A DNA stretch of 64,000 nucleotides from an uncultured Chthoniobacter sp. (GTDB lineage: Bacteria; Verrucomicrobiota; Verrucomicrobiia; Chthoniobacterales; JACTMZ01), in assembly GCA_964609925.1 (NCBI GenBank), contig CAZSUJ010000009.1, positions 4,290-68,289 on the forward strand, written 5' to 3'. Both the position numbers and the translations under genes were made by a program. The notes beneath the pieces were generated by a model. It did no database searches. It saw nothing but the letters and a program-made list of their open reading frames with translations, and had not been told where the DNA came from. Below are positions 20,142-28,418 of the stretch, piece by piece (the first letter of the stretch is position 1; each line of letters opens with the position of its first letter).

Positions 20142-21095
20142 TCACCAAGGTGGGGTCGCGGACGTGGTCAAGGTTGGCTCGCCCTCCAGCCAGCCGAGCG
20201 AGGCGAGGAACTTATCGGCTTCGCGGATCGCGGGGACCACGACGGATTCCGGCCACTTGTAGCCCGCAATGGCGAATGCGTGGCCGATCTCGGGCCCGTA
20301 GAGCACGAGGTCGCAGCGGTTGCCGGCGGACTTCATGGCGGCAGCGAACCGCTCGGCTTGTTCGACGCGGACCACCTTGTCGCCGCGTCCGTGGACGACG
20401 AGCGCGGGTGGTTGTCCGGGCGCGACATGGAAGATCGGGGAGAGATCCCGGGCCCGCGCGACCGAAGCTGCGTCCGTGGGGCGTGGCACGGACTTGTCCG
20501 CGAGGGCCGACCCGCCGACCGCGTAGCGGATCCAGTTGTCCTCGGTCATGTCCACGATCGGGTTGTAGAGCACCATCGCATCCGGGCGGCCACGGACGGC
20601 GGTGTCGTCGTCCGGGTGGTCGAAACCGTCGAGCGTTCCGAGCGAAGCCGCGAGGTGCCCCCCGGCGGACTCGCCGACCACCGCGATGCGGTCGGGGTCA
20701 ACGCCGAGCTCCGCGGCATGGGAGCGCACCCAACGCAGGGCGGAGCGGGCATCGGACAGACAATCCGCAACGCCAGGACCTTCGGGCAGCGCCTTGCGGT
20801 AGGTGATGACGAACGCCACGGCGCCGCGGTCGGCGAAGTAGCGCCCGAACGGGAGGGATCCAGCGGGTGATCCGCCGACCCACGCGCCGCCATGGATCCA
20901 CAGGATGGCCGGGCGGTGGTCGCCGGCTTTCCAGTCGTGCGGCTTGAAGGTGTGGAGCAGCAGGTCCTGTCCGTCGCGTCGTGCGTAAACGATTTCCTCC
21001 GGCGCCGGCTCGTTCATGAAATCCGACAACGGCCGGGCATCCGGGGCGGCGGCGAGGGAACCGGCAGCCAACACGGCGGTCAGCCCGGCCATCAT
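20142..21095 (-). CDS. Alpha/beta-hydrolase carbohydrate esterase/lipase (HGG + GxSxG type), secreted
   Basis: Start ATG 21095 (MMAGLTAVLAAGSLAAAP). ILWIHGGAWVGGS is the oxyanion HGG motif and VVGESAGGHLA is the GxSxG motif. ATGA overlap with the giant upstream gene (21092-21095). The upstream part of the track ORF (to 21680) is spurious. Confidence 0.9.
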   Translation of the reverse strand: MMAGLTAVLAAGSLAAAPDARPLSDFMNEPAPEEIVYARRDGQDLLLHTFKPHDWKAGDHRPAILWIHGGAWVGGSPAGSLPFGRYFADRGAVAFVITYRKALPEGPGVADCLSDARSALRWVRSHAAELGVDPDRIAVVGESAGGHLAASLGTLDGFDHPDDDTAVRGRPDAMVLYNPIVDMTEDNWIRYAVGGSALADKSVPRPTDAASVARARDLSPIFHVAPGQPPALVVHGRGDKVVRVEQAERFAAAMKSAGNRCDLVLYGPEIGHAFAIAGYKWPESVVVPAIREADKFLASLGWLEGEPTLTTSATPPW

Positions 21096-24000
21096 GGGGC
21101 AACCGGGGCGCTCACCTTGATTCGCATGAAGCGCTGGCGCGGGTCCAAGGTCGAGATGTCCACCTCGTCGGTCACGGTCACCGGTCCGGGCACGTTGGCA
21201 GCGCCCGAGGATTGCCAGATCGGCGACCAATTGGTGCCCGGTGTCGAGGTGGCCTCGACTTGGTAGGTCACACGCGGGTCCGCGATGCGGTTGAAGGTCA
21301 GCGTGAGGCGGTCCTCGCTGATCGCACGGGTGAGAAGGTTCGTCTGGCCGGTGGCGTTGGTCGGCGAGGTGCCGAGGGCGTATTCCATCACGTTGGGCAT
21401 GCCGTCGCGGTCGGGATCCGCGCCATCCGCCGCGGTGCCGGAGTTGTTGGTGGCGCCGAAGTTGCCCTGACGCCACGTGTCTCGCGGGGCGGCAAACGTG
21501 ATGTTCTCGAAGAGATTCGTCGCGCTCTGTCCGCCGGTGCGCGGGGCGACGAAAAGGCCGACGCTGAGGTTGGCACCGGTCAGCGGGTTGGTGCGCGGCG
21601 GCCCGATCTGGGTCCAGTTCGTGCCATCGGGCGAACGGAAGCAGGTGAAGACATCGCCCCGGCGGACGAGGCGGACCCATTCGGGGATGCCGACGCCGTT
21701 GGTCGAGCTGCTGAAGAAGTTCACGTTGTTCGAGCTGCCGCTGGGCGCCGTCTTGTGCTGGGCCCAGGCATTGCCGCTGCGCAGCATGTAGGTCGCGCTG
21801 TAGCGCGCGCCCGTGGCGGTGGACTCGCGGAAGATGATCCCCGCCTTGGCCGACGAGTCGGGCGCCCCGAAAGTGGTCAGTCTGGCGGTGAACGTCCCGT
21901 CACCCTGCCACGGCTGCGAGACGTAGGTGAACGAGTCGTTGTTGCCGGTCCAAAGGTCGCCCGTCGTGCCGCCGTTGGTCGCGCCGCCGCGTCCGACGAC
22001 GAGGATTCCGTTGCCGTTGGTGATGGCGGCGGTGCCCGCGGTGGCGCCGGTGTAGGGGTGGACCTGTTGAACGGTCCACGGCGCGGGGAGCGGCGGCACG
22101 GTGACGGTCACGGTGAAGCTGGCGGTGCTCGTGTTGCCCGCCGCGTCAGTCGCGCTGACGTTCACCGTGGTCGTGCCGAGGTTGAAGAACGAGCCGGAGG
22201 CGGGTGTGACGGTGGGCGTGACATCGCCCGACAGGGCGTCCACCGCAACGACGTCGAACTCGACGTTGGCCCCGGTGGCCGTGGTGCCGGACACGCTGAT
22301 GTTGCCCGGCGTGGTGATGACGGGGCCCGTGGTGTCGGGGGCGACCTGCGGCGAGTAGAGGCGCAGTTCGGCCAGTTGGAGGAGCGACGGATCGCCGTTG
22401 TTGGCCGTGACATTGAGCCGGTAGAACTTGAACGCCGCGTTGTTGGCGAAGTTGAAGGCCAGGGTCTGCCCGCGCGCGGTGAAGGCGACGTTCGTCCGCG
22501 TGTCGAGCAGCACCCAGTTGACGCCGTCGTAGGAGCCGAGGAACTGCCAGTCTCGCGGGTCGGCGGCCGGTGTGTCGGCCGAACTGGTCACCTCGTAGCG
22601 GGTGACGCGAACGGCGGCGTCGCCGGCGAACTGGTAGTCGAGCCGCGCAGTGGTGGTGCCGCCTTGCGATTGCCATGAGGTGGCGGCATTGCCGTCGAAC
22701 GCGTTGGCCGCGGGTTGCCCCGCGCTGTCCGTCGAGGCCGTGCCGCCGCCGGGCGCCGCGGCCAGCGGGAAGGTGGTGGTCGAGTTGCCCGTCTCCGCCC
22801 AGTGCTCACCGGCGCTGTTGACCGCGTAGAAACGGAAGAAGTAGCGCGTGGAAGGAGCGAGGTTCACCGGCGTGTGCGAGATGTGGCCCGAGCCGGGCGA
22901 GCCGAGGTTGGCGGCGAACTGCCAGCTCGCGGCATCGGTGCCGCCGTCGGAAGTTCCGAAGTAGCAGTAGACCGTGGCGTTGGCGTCGAACTGCGGGTAG
23001 ACCAGCGTGCCCGTGAAAGTGGCGGTGTTGGCTCCCACGGCCGAGGCGCCGCGCGTCACCACGAACGGCGTCTGGACCGCGGCGTCGGAGCGGTATTCGT
23101 CGTTGTAGAGGCCCGCCATTTCGTGGGGGATCGGAACGAAGCCGGGCATGTTCGAGTAAACGATCGAGTCGGGCCGCAGGCGGAGGTCGTCGTTGGCGAA
23201 GTCGATGAAGCCGGGTTCGGACGCGTAGCCGATGTTCGGCCCCGACCCGAGCGCGGCGGCGCTCGATGTGCTCACGCTGTGTGTGCGTGTGTTGGTGTCC
23301 GTGGTGACGCGGCGCCAGTTGAAATCGGCGGAGAGCGGGCGGTAGGCCACGTTGTTCTGGATCACGCCGTTGGTGGCCGAGTGGAACACGAAGTTAACGC
23401 GGCTGTTGACCATGATGTTGTTGAAAACGTTGAGGCGCATGTCCACGCCGGCGACGGCCTCGCCCGGCCCGGTCGGGGTGGTCGTCCATAATCCGTAGCC
23501 GCGGGTCGCCCCGAAGGTCGCAGCCCCCGCGGCCGCACGGAGGTTGGCCACGTTGCCGTAGATGGCGACTTTCACGTGATCGAAGTCGTTGTAGTAGGCG
23601 TCGCCCACCGGGCTGGAGCCGACGTGGTTGTAACGGATGACCGAGTTCGCCTGGTAGTTCGGGCCGAAGCGGTAGATCGCGCCCATGTCGTCGGACACGC
23701 GGACGTGGTCGCGGATGTCGTTGTATTCGATGACCTGATTGTGTCCGCCCCAGTAGAGCGCGCCGTGCGGGGTGGTGCGGATGTCGTTGTGGGCGATGCG
23801 GGTGCCGACCGAATTCTGCGACCACGAGCCGATGGGACCGCCGAAGCCGGTGTCGATCGCGCCTTGGTAAACGCGCACGACCTCGCCGAAGTTGCGGAAC
23901 TTGTTGTTCACGACGAAGTGGTCGGTGTTGACGAGGGCGGGGTTGGTCTGGCCGCCGCGGAGCATGACGCCTCCGGCGGCGAGCTTCTCGAAGTCGCCCG

Positions 24001-27000
24001 AGACGACGCCGTTGGAAGCGCCACCGTTGATGTCCACGGCGAGGGCGCCGGTCTGGCGGAAGTCGCAACCGAGCAGGAGGTTGTTCGTGCTGTTGACGAT
24101 CTGGAACGTGTTGCCCAGGTGGCGCTGGAAGGTGAGTGACTGGAACCGGACGTTGCTGACGTTCGTCATGGCAACGAGCGGGGAGGCGAGGTCTGACAAC
24201 TCGACGCTGCCATCGGTCGGTGCGTTCGTAGTGTCGCGCAGGAGGTAGAGGCGGGCGCGGCTGAAATCGATGGCCCACTCGCCGGGGACGTCCATCTCCT
24301 CGAGGAGGTTCAGCGCCCAGTAGGGCTCGTTCGAGCTGCCTGCGGGCCGCGCGTATTTGCTGCCGATGCCGTTCGGCACGATCGCATTGGTCGCGACTGT
24401 GTTTGTGACGAACCCGATCGTGCGCTTGGCGCCGGTGTCCAACACTGTGACGCGCACGCCGTTGACCTGCCACGGGACGCGCCAGCGCCCTTGGAGCCAG
24501 AGGCCGCCGCGCGTCAGGGCGGTCTGCCAGCGGGCGATGCGGGCGGCGTCCGCCGCCTTGAATCGGAATGCGCCGCCCACCCGGTTGGTCACGCCGTTGC
24601 TGTCAACGTAGAGGCCGGCGCCGTTGAGGAAGCCCGTCCCGTCGTCAGCCGTGCCGGTCGCCACGCCGTCCATCGTGAGACTCGTCGTCAGTGTGTCGTC
24701 GGTCGGGTTCACGTTCGGGTAGCGCGACAATTGCATCCGCTCGCCGTTCTGGAACACCTCGAGCAGCCCGCCGTTGAGCGACGAGCGCTGGGGATTGAAG
24801 ATGATCCACTCGTTGAAGACCGAAGGGAAGTTGGTGGCGCGGGCGATGCCGGCCACGCTGACCTCGAAGATTTGCGCGGGGTTGACGCCCGGTGCGACGC
24901 GGTTGGTTTCGCTCGCGGCCAGCGGGCTGAATTGCGATCCGAGGAGGGAGCGGGCGCCGGTGAGGATCGGCGTTTCGCCGGGGAAGGCTGTGTAGATGAC
25001 CGGGGCGGCGGGCGTGCCGGAGTCGGTCGCGCCGAGAACAAAGCTGTTCGTGCGACGGTGGACGCCGTCGCGCAGGAAGACGGTGACGCCGCCCGCGGGG
25101 AGCGGACGCGAGAGGCCGCGGATGGTGTCGCGCGCCTTCTCGAGCGTGCGGAAGGGCGCCCCGGCCGAGCCGTTGTTCGTGTCCGATCCGCCCGGCGCGA
25201 CGTGGTAGCTGACGGTGCTCGTTGGAACGGGGATACGGACGCGGACGAGGAAGTTGCGCGTGACCGGGGCTCCTGCGGAATATGTTTCCACCACGCGCAG
25301 CCAATGAGTGCCGACCGCCTTGTTGTTCGGTGTGTAGGTGAAGGTCTGGGCGGTGCCCACGGTGTCGCCGTCGAGGATCCACTGGTAGGACGTCGCGCCG
25401 GGCGAGGCCTCGAACGTGCGGCTGGCGCCGGCGTCCACGACGAAAGCCGCGGTGGAGGGTGGCGTGGTCACGCGGAGGTTGAAGGTGCGCGTGACCGTGC
25501 CGGCCGCGTTGGACGCCGTGACCTCGTAGTTGCCGAGGTCGGAGGCCTGCAATGCGATGAGCGTGAGCGCGCTCGAGTTGGCCCCGGGGATGATCTCGCC
25601 ATCCTTGCGCCAGACGTAGGTGAGGGGGCCGTTGCTGGTCGCGGTGAGACCGAGAACGACCGAGTCGCCGAGCGAGACTTCGGGCGGGGCGTTCGTTGAG
25701 ACGACGACGGGCGCGGTGACGCCTTGGAATTGTCCGAGCACCACGGAATTCGACGACTGCGAGACGACGAACGTCTGGAGCCCGTCCGTGCTGACCACGC
25801 GGGATCCGAAGGGGACGTTGGTGAAGGCGCCGGTGAGGTTCGTGCTGGTGAGGATGGTGAACGTGTGGTTCGTCGCGGGCGTGAAGCCGGGCAGGACGTT
25901 GACCGAAAGCGCGCCGCCGAGGACGGCCGAGCCCGTGACAACGACATTGTCGTGGGAGGGGGCGTTCGTTTGGAAGACAGTCGCCGCGTTGGTCCCGCCG
26001 AGGTCGATGGCCAGCGTGCCGCCGCGGACGTTGTAATTCCCGGTGACCGTGGTGCGTCCGGCTGTGCCGTTGCCCCCGGGCGCGAGGGTGCCGCCGTGGT
26101 TGTAGAGCGTGCCTTGGCCGACGGAGTTCGTGCCCGGGTCGGCGTGGGGCGCCCCGCCAGCGAGGCCGGTGGCGGAGGCGTAGCCGAGGTTCGTCGCGGT
26201 GAAGGTGGACACCGCGAGGGTGCCGCCGAGGAAGTTGAAGTTGCGGACGTTGTTCGTGCCGGGCTGGACGACGGTTCCCGCGTTGGTCGCGCCGGTGCCG
26301 TTGGTCGAGGCGGATGCCGGCGTGGTGCCCTGGATCGGTCCGGCGACGAGGAGCGTTCCGCCGGCCAGCGTGTAGGACGCGGAGAGGTTCGAGACCGGGG
26401 TGTAGGCGATGTTCGTGCCGCTGCCCGCGCTGGTCATGCCGCTGTGGCCGATGGTGAGCGACGTGGACGTGCCGCCGTTGGTGCCGCCACCGGGCGTCAG
26501 GCCGATCTGCACGGTGCCGCCGGTCTGGGACATGCGGGCGTTCATGCCCACGCCGAGGGAGTTGCCGCCGTTCACGGCGTTGTTGGCCTGGGCGAGATCG
26601 AGCAGGCCGCCGGAGACGTTGACCACGGCGGTGCCGGTGGAAACGACCGAACCGGGGGCGAACTTGCCGCCGTTGACGTAGACCGAGGCGTTGTTGGCCG
26701 CGCGCAGCACGCCGCCGCTGACGTTGATCGTGCCGCCGCCGAGGAAGCGCGCCGCGCCCAACGTGATCGTGCCGCCCTTGACCGCGAGCGTGCCGGAGAA
26801 GAAGTCGGCGCTGCCATTGCGGCCGAGGTCGCCGACGTTCCATGTGCCCGAGTTGACCTCGACGAGGCCGTTGCTGTTGACCGTGAGTGCGCCGTGCGGG
26901 CCGCTGTTCTGGATCGAGTTGGTCGAGGTGGTGGCCGGGTTGTTCGTGCCGTCGCCGCCGAGGCGCAGAACGCCGCCGGCACGCACGGCCACGGCCATGT

Positions 27001-27556
27001 TGCTCGCGCCACCGGTGAGACTCATGCTGCGCCCCGGTTCTGGGCTTAGCACCACGGGGCCGGTGGCGTTTGTCGCGCCGACGGCAAGGAGGAAGGCGTT
27101 GGTGCCGGTGACAGATCCGCTGACGAGCAGCGTGCCGCCGGTGCCGGCGGACCAAGTCTGCGCAGCCCCGAGGAACAGGTTGGCGGAGATGGTGTTCGTG
27201 CCGTTGGTCTGTCCGAAAGATGAGATGCCGTTCGTGCCGACCGAAAGCGTGGCCGAGTTCGTTCCCGATAACGCCCAACCACCGCCCGGTGTCCCGAAGG
27301 CAAGGCCGGCGATGCTCCGGTTCGTCGTCAATTGTGGCTGGGCGACCGCCGCTGAACCGGTGAAGACCGCCGAGTCATTCGTCAGGTCGTTGGCCGGCAG
27401 GGCGGACCAGTTGCCGGGATTCTCGAAGTCGTTCCCCGCCAAGCCACTCCAAGTCACCGGCGCGGCTTGGATCACAGGCGGGAGCACGGCGAGGCCCAGC
27501 ATCATGACGATGCTGCGACGCAGTAAGCCTGCGGCGATGGGGGACGCTGGGGGCAT
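21092..27556 (-). CDS. Giant (2154 aa) secreted multidomain protein: PATR repeats, Ig/PKD-like, beta-helix catalytic-like core, discoidin, HYR, jelly-roll, TSP3-like and shared C-terminal module
   Basis: - Signal: MPPASPIAAGLLRRSIVMMLGLAVLPPVIQAAP.
- About 500 aa of G/T/N-rich autotransporter-associated beta-strand repeats (GTLLVSGSVTG..., GGTLAIDLGG...).
- Ig I-set-like: LTYVWRKDGEIIPG...DLGNYEVTASNAAGT.
- Beta-helix entry: YHVAPGGSDTNNGSAGAPFRTLEKARD, followed by many helix turns.
- F5/8 type C: NAFDGNAATSWQS...FYRLNV.
- HYR-like: TTGPVITTPGNISVSG...ATDAAGNTSTASFTVTV.
- DUF1349/LamG-like: AKAGIIFRES...PEWVRLVRRGD.
- Ca-site-like: DPDRDG.
- C-terminal end: ...RQRFMRIKVSAPVAP. Confidence 0.9.
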   Translation of the reverse strand: MPPASPIAAGLLRRSIVMMLGLAVLPPVIQAAPVTWSGLAGNDFENPGNWSALPANDLTNDSAVFTGSAAVAQPQLTTNRSIAGLAFGTPGGGWALSGTNSATLSVGTNGISSFGQTNGTNTISANLFLGAAQTWSAGTGGTLLVSGSVTGTNAFLLAVGATNATGPVVLSPEPGRSMSLTGGASNMAVAVRAGGVLRLGGDGTNNPATTSTNSIQNSGPHGALTVNSNGLVEVNSGTWNVGDLGRNGSADFFSGTLAVKGGTITLGAARFLGGGTINVSGGVLRAANNASVYVNGGKFAPGSVVSTGTAVVNVSGGLLDLAQANNAVNGGNSLGVGMNARMSQTGGTVQIGLTPGGGTNGGTSTSLTIGHSGMTSAGSGTNIAYTPVSNLSASYTLAGGTLLVAGPIQGTTPASASTNGTGATNAGTVVQPGTNNVRNFNFLGGTLAVSTFTATNLGYASATGLAGGAPHADPGTNSVGQGTLYNHGGTLAPGGNGTAGRTTVTGNYNVRGGTLAIDLGGTNAATVFQTNAPSHDNVVVTGSAVLGGALSVNVLPGFTPATNHTFTILTSTNLTGAFTNVPFGSRVVSTDGLQTFVVSQSSNSVVLGQFQGVTAPVVVSTNAPPEVSLGDSVVLGLTATSNGPLTYVWRKDGEIIPGANSSALTLIALQASDLGNYEVTASNAAGTVTRTFNLRVTTPPSTAAFVVDAGASRTFEASPGATSYQWILDGDTVGTAQTFTYTPNNKAVGTHWLRVVETYSAGAPVTRNFLVRVRIPVPTSTVSYHVAPGGSDTNNGSAGAPFRTLEKARDTIRGLSRPLPAGGVTVFLRDGVHRRTNSFVLGATDSGTPAAPVIYTAFPGETPILTGARSLLGSQFSPLAASETNRVAPGVNPAQIFEVSVAGIARATNFPSVFNEWIIFNPQRSSLNGGLLEVFQNGERMQLSRYPNVNPTDDTLTTSLTMDGVATGTADDGTGFLNGAGLYVDSNGVTNRVGGAFRFKAADAARIARWQTALTRGGLWLQGRWRVPWQVNGVRVTVLDTGAKRTIGFVTNTVATNAIVPNGIGSKYARPAGSSNEPYWALNLLEEMDVPGEWAIDFSRARLYLLRDTTNAPTDGSVELSDLASPLVAMTNVSNVRFQSLTFQRHLGNTFQIVNSTNNLLLGCDFRQTGALAVDINGGASNGVVSGDFEKLAAGGVMLRGGQTNPALVNTDHFVVNNKFRNFGEVVRVYQGAIDTGFGGPIGSWSQNSVGTRIAHNDIRTTPHGALYWGGHNQVIEYNDIRDHVRVSDDMGAIYRFGPNYQANSVIRYNHVGSSPVGDAYYNDFDHVKVAIYGNVANLRAAAGAATFGATRGYGLWTTTPTGPGEAVAGVDMRLNVFNNIMVNSRVNFVFHSATNGVIQNNVAYRPLSADFNWRRVTTDTNTRTHSVSTSSAAALGSGPNIGYASEPGFIDFANDDLRLRPDSIVYSNMPGFVPIPHEMAGLYNDEYRSDAAVQTPFVVTRGASAVGANTATFTGTLVYPQFDANATVYCYFGTSDGGTDAASWQFAANLGSPGSGHISHTPVNLAPSTRYFFRFYAVNSAGEHWAETGNSTTTFPLAAAPGGGTASTDSAGQPAANAFDGNAATSWQSQGGTTTARLDYQFAGDAAVRVTRYEVTSSADTPAADPRDWQFLGSYDGVNWVLLDTRTNVAFTARGQTLAFNFANNAAFKFYRLNVTANNGDPSLLQLAELRLYSPQVAPDTTGPVITTPGNISVSGTTATGANVEFDVVAVDALSGDVTPTVTPASGSFFNLGTTTVNVSATDAAGNTSTASFTVTVTVPPLPAPWTVQQVHPYTGATAGTAAITNGNGILVVGRGGATNGGTTGDLWTGNNDSFTYVSQPWQGDGTFTARLTTFGAPDSSAKAGIIFRESTATGARYSATYMLRSGNAWAQHKTAPSGSSNNVNFFSSSTNGVGIPEWVRLVRRGDVFTCFRSPDGTNWTQIGPPRTNPLTGANLSVGLFVAPRTGGQSATNLFENITFAAPRDTWRQGNFGATNNSGTAADGADPDRDGMPNVMEYALGTSPTNATGQTNLLTRAISEDRLTLTFNRIADPRVTYQVEATSTPGTNWSPIWQSSGAANVPGPVTVTDEVDISTLDPRQRFMRIKVSAPVAP

Positions 27557-27611
27557 GGGGCATTTCCTCTTCAGGAATCGACCGTAAATCTATACATCCG
27601 TTTGGATTCCG

Positions 27612-28382
27612 GTGACGCGAAACAATGGCACAGTTTCCAGAAGCGCGCCTCTGATTGTTGCGGCCCCTTCCGGCGGCCCGGCAAAGCCCATGCAAGTCAA
27701 CCCGCGCAAACACCGCCCCTTGCAGGTGGAGAGGGTCCCTCCGCTTCCACCGGCAACCGTGCTCCGGTTGGTCCGGCTCTGGCCGCATGCCCGGAAACAG
27801 GGGCGTGAGATCGGGCAATTGTATCGGGTCGGATACTATTCCAAGATGGATGGCTTGGACTGCGTCTGGTTGGTCGATTCCGGAGGTCACTATGGCTGGA
27901 CGGCCGACCACGCCTTTGTCTCCCGGCACTTTGAGGTGGTCCGTCGTTCATCCGAGCGATCCCTTTACGGTTCGAACCGCCCGAAACTCGGCCCGTTGCG
28001 CGGCCGACCATTGGCCGCGATGAACCAACGTCCTGATGCCGCGAGCGCCGACCTGCTCCGTCCCATCCGTTCGCTCATTGGCAAATCGGAGAAAGCGCAG
28101 CAGAAACTGACGCCTGGCACGTGGCAGCACGGCATGTTGCAGGAGAACATGCGGGCCTTGCGCCTGGCGGCGGCGCTCATGAACGGTGTGGGGCAGGGGC
28201 CGGAAGATCCGACGCGGGAGGAATGCGAATCGGCGCTCCGCGCCTTGGCCGGCATGATTTCCAAGAGCAGAAAAGCTCAGGCCAAGTTCATCCCGGGAAC
28301 TTCCCACCACACGCTGCAGCGGGCTCGTCTCCGGTCGCTCCGCGCGGCAAACTCACTGATCAAAGCCAGACTTGGAGGATAG
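27612..28382 (+). CDS. Hypothetical protein with C-terminal internal repeat; start uncertain (GTG 27612 or ATG 27690)
   Basis: This is the only sizeable plus-strand ORF between the two minus-strand blocks. It uses many TTG/CGT/TCG/AAA codons, unlike its neighbours. The C-terminal half has two about 35-aa repeats: KSEKAQQKLTPGTWQHGMLQENMRALRLAAALM and KSRKAQAKFIPGTSHHTLQRARLRSLRAANSLI. I recognise no family confidently. Confidence 0.55.
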   Translation: MTRNNGTVSRSAPLIVAAPSGGPAKPMQVNPRKHRPLQVERVPPLPPATVLRLVRLWPHARKQGREIGQLYRVGYYSKMDGLDCVWLVDSGGHYGWTADHAFVSRHFEVVRRSSERSLYGSNRPKLGPLRGRPLAAMNQRPDAASADLLRPIRSLIGKSEKAQQKLTPGTWQHGMLQENMRALRLAAALMNGVGQGPEDPTREECESALRALAGMISKSRKAQAKFIPGTSHHTLQRARLRSLRAANSLIKARLGG

Positions 28383-28418
28383 GACGCCTGTCATCCGATT
28401 CCCGTGAGCGCTACGACC

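Noticed and set aside
24645-27278. An 877-aa same-strand alternative-frame ORF inside the giant gene. Many Arg/Pro-rich ORFs are of the same kind, e.g. 1931-3325, 16419-17246, 28411-29358 and 39378-39950.
   Set aside because: Their composition is extreme (R/P/H/G runs) and no domains are present. They are nested in a frame-shifted register of well-supported genes.
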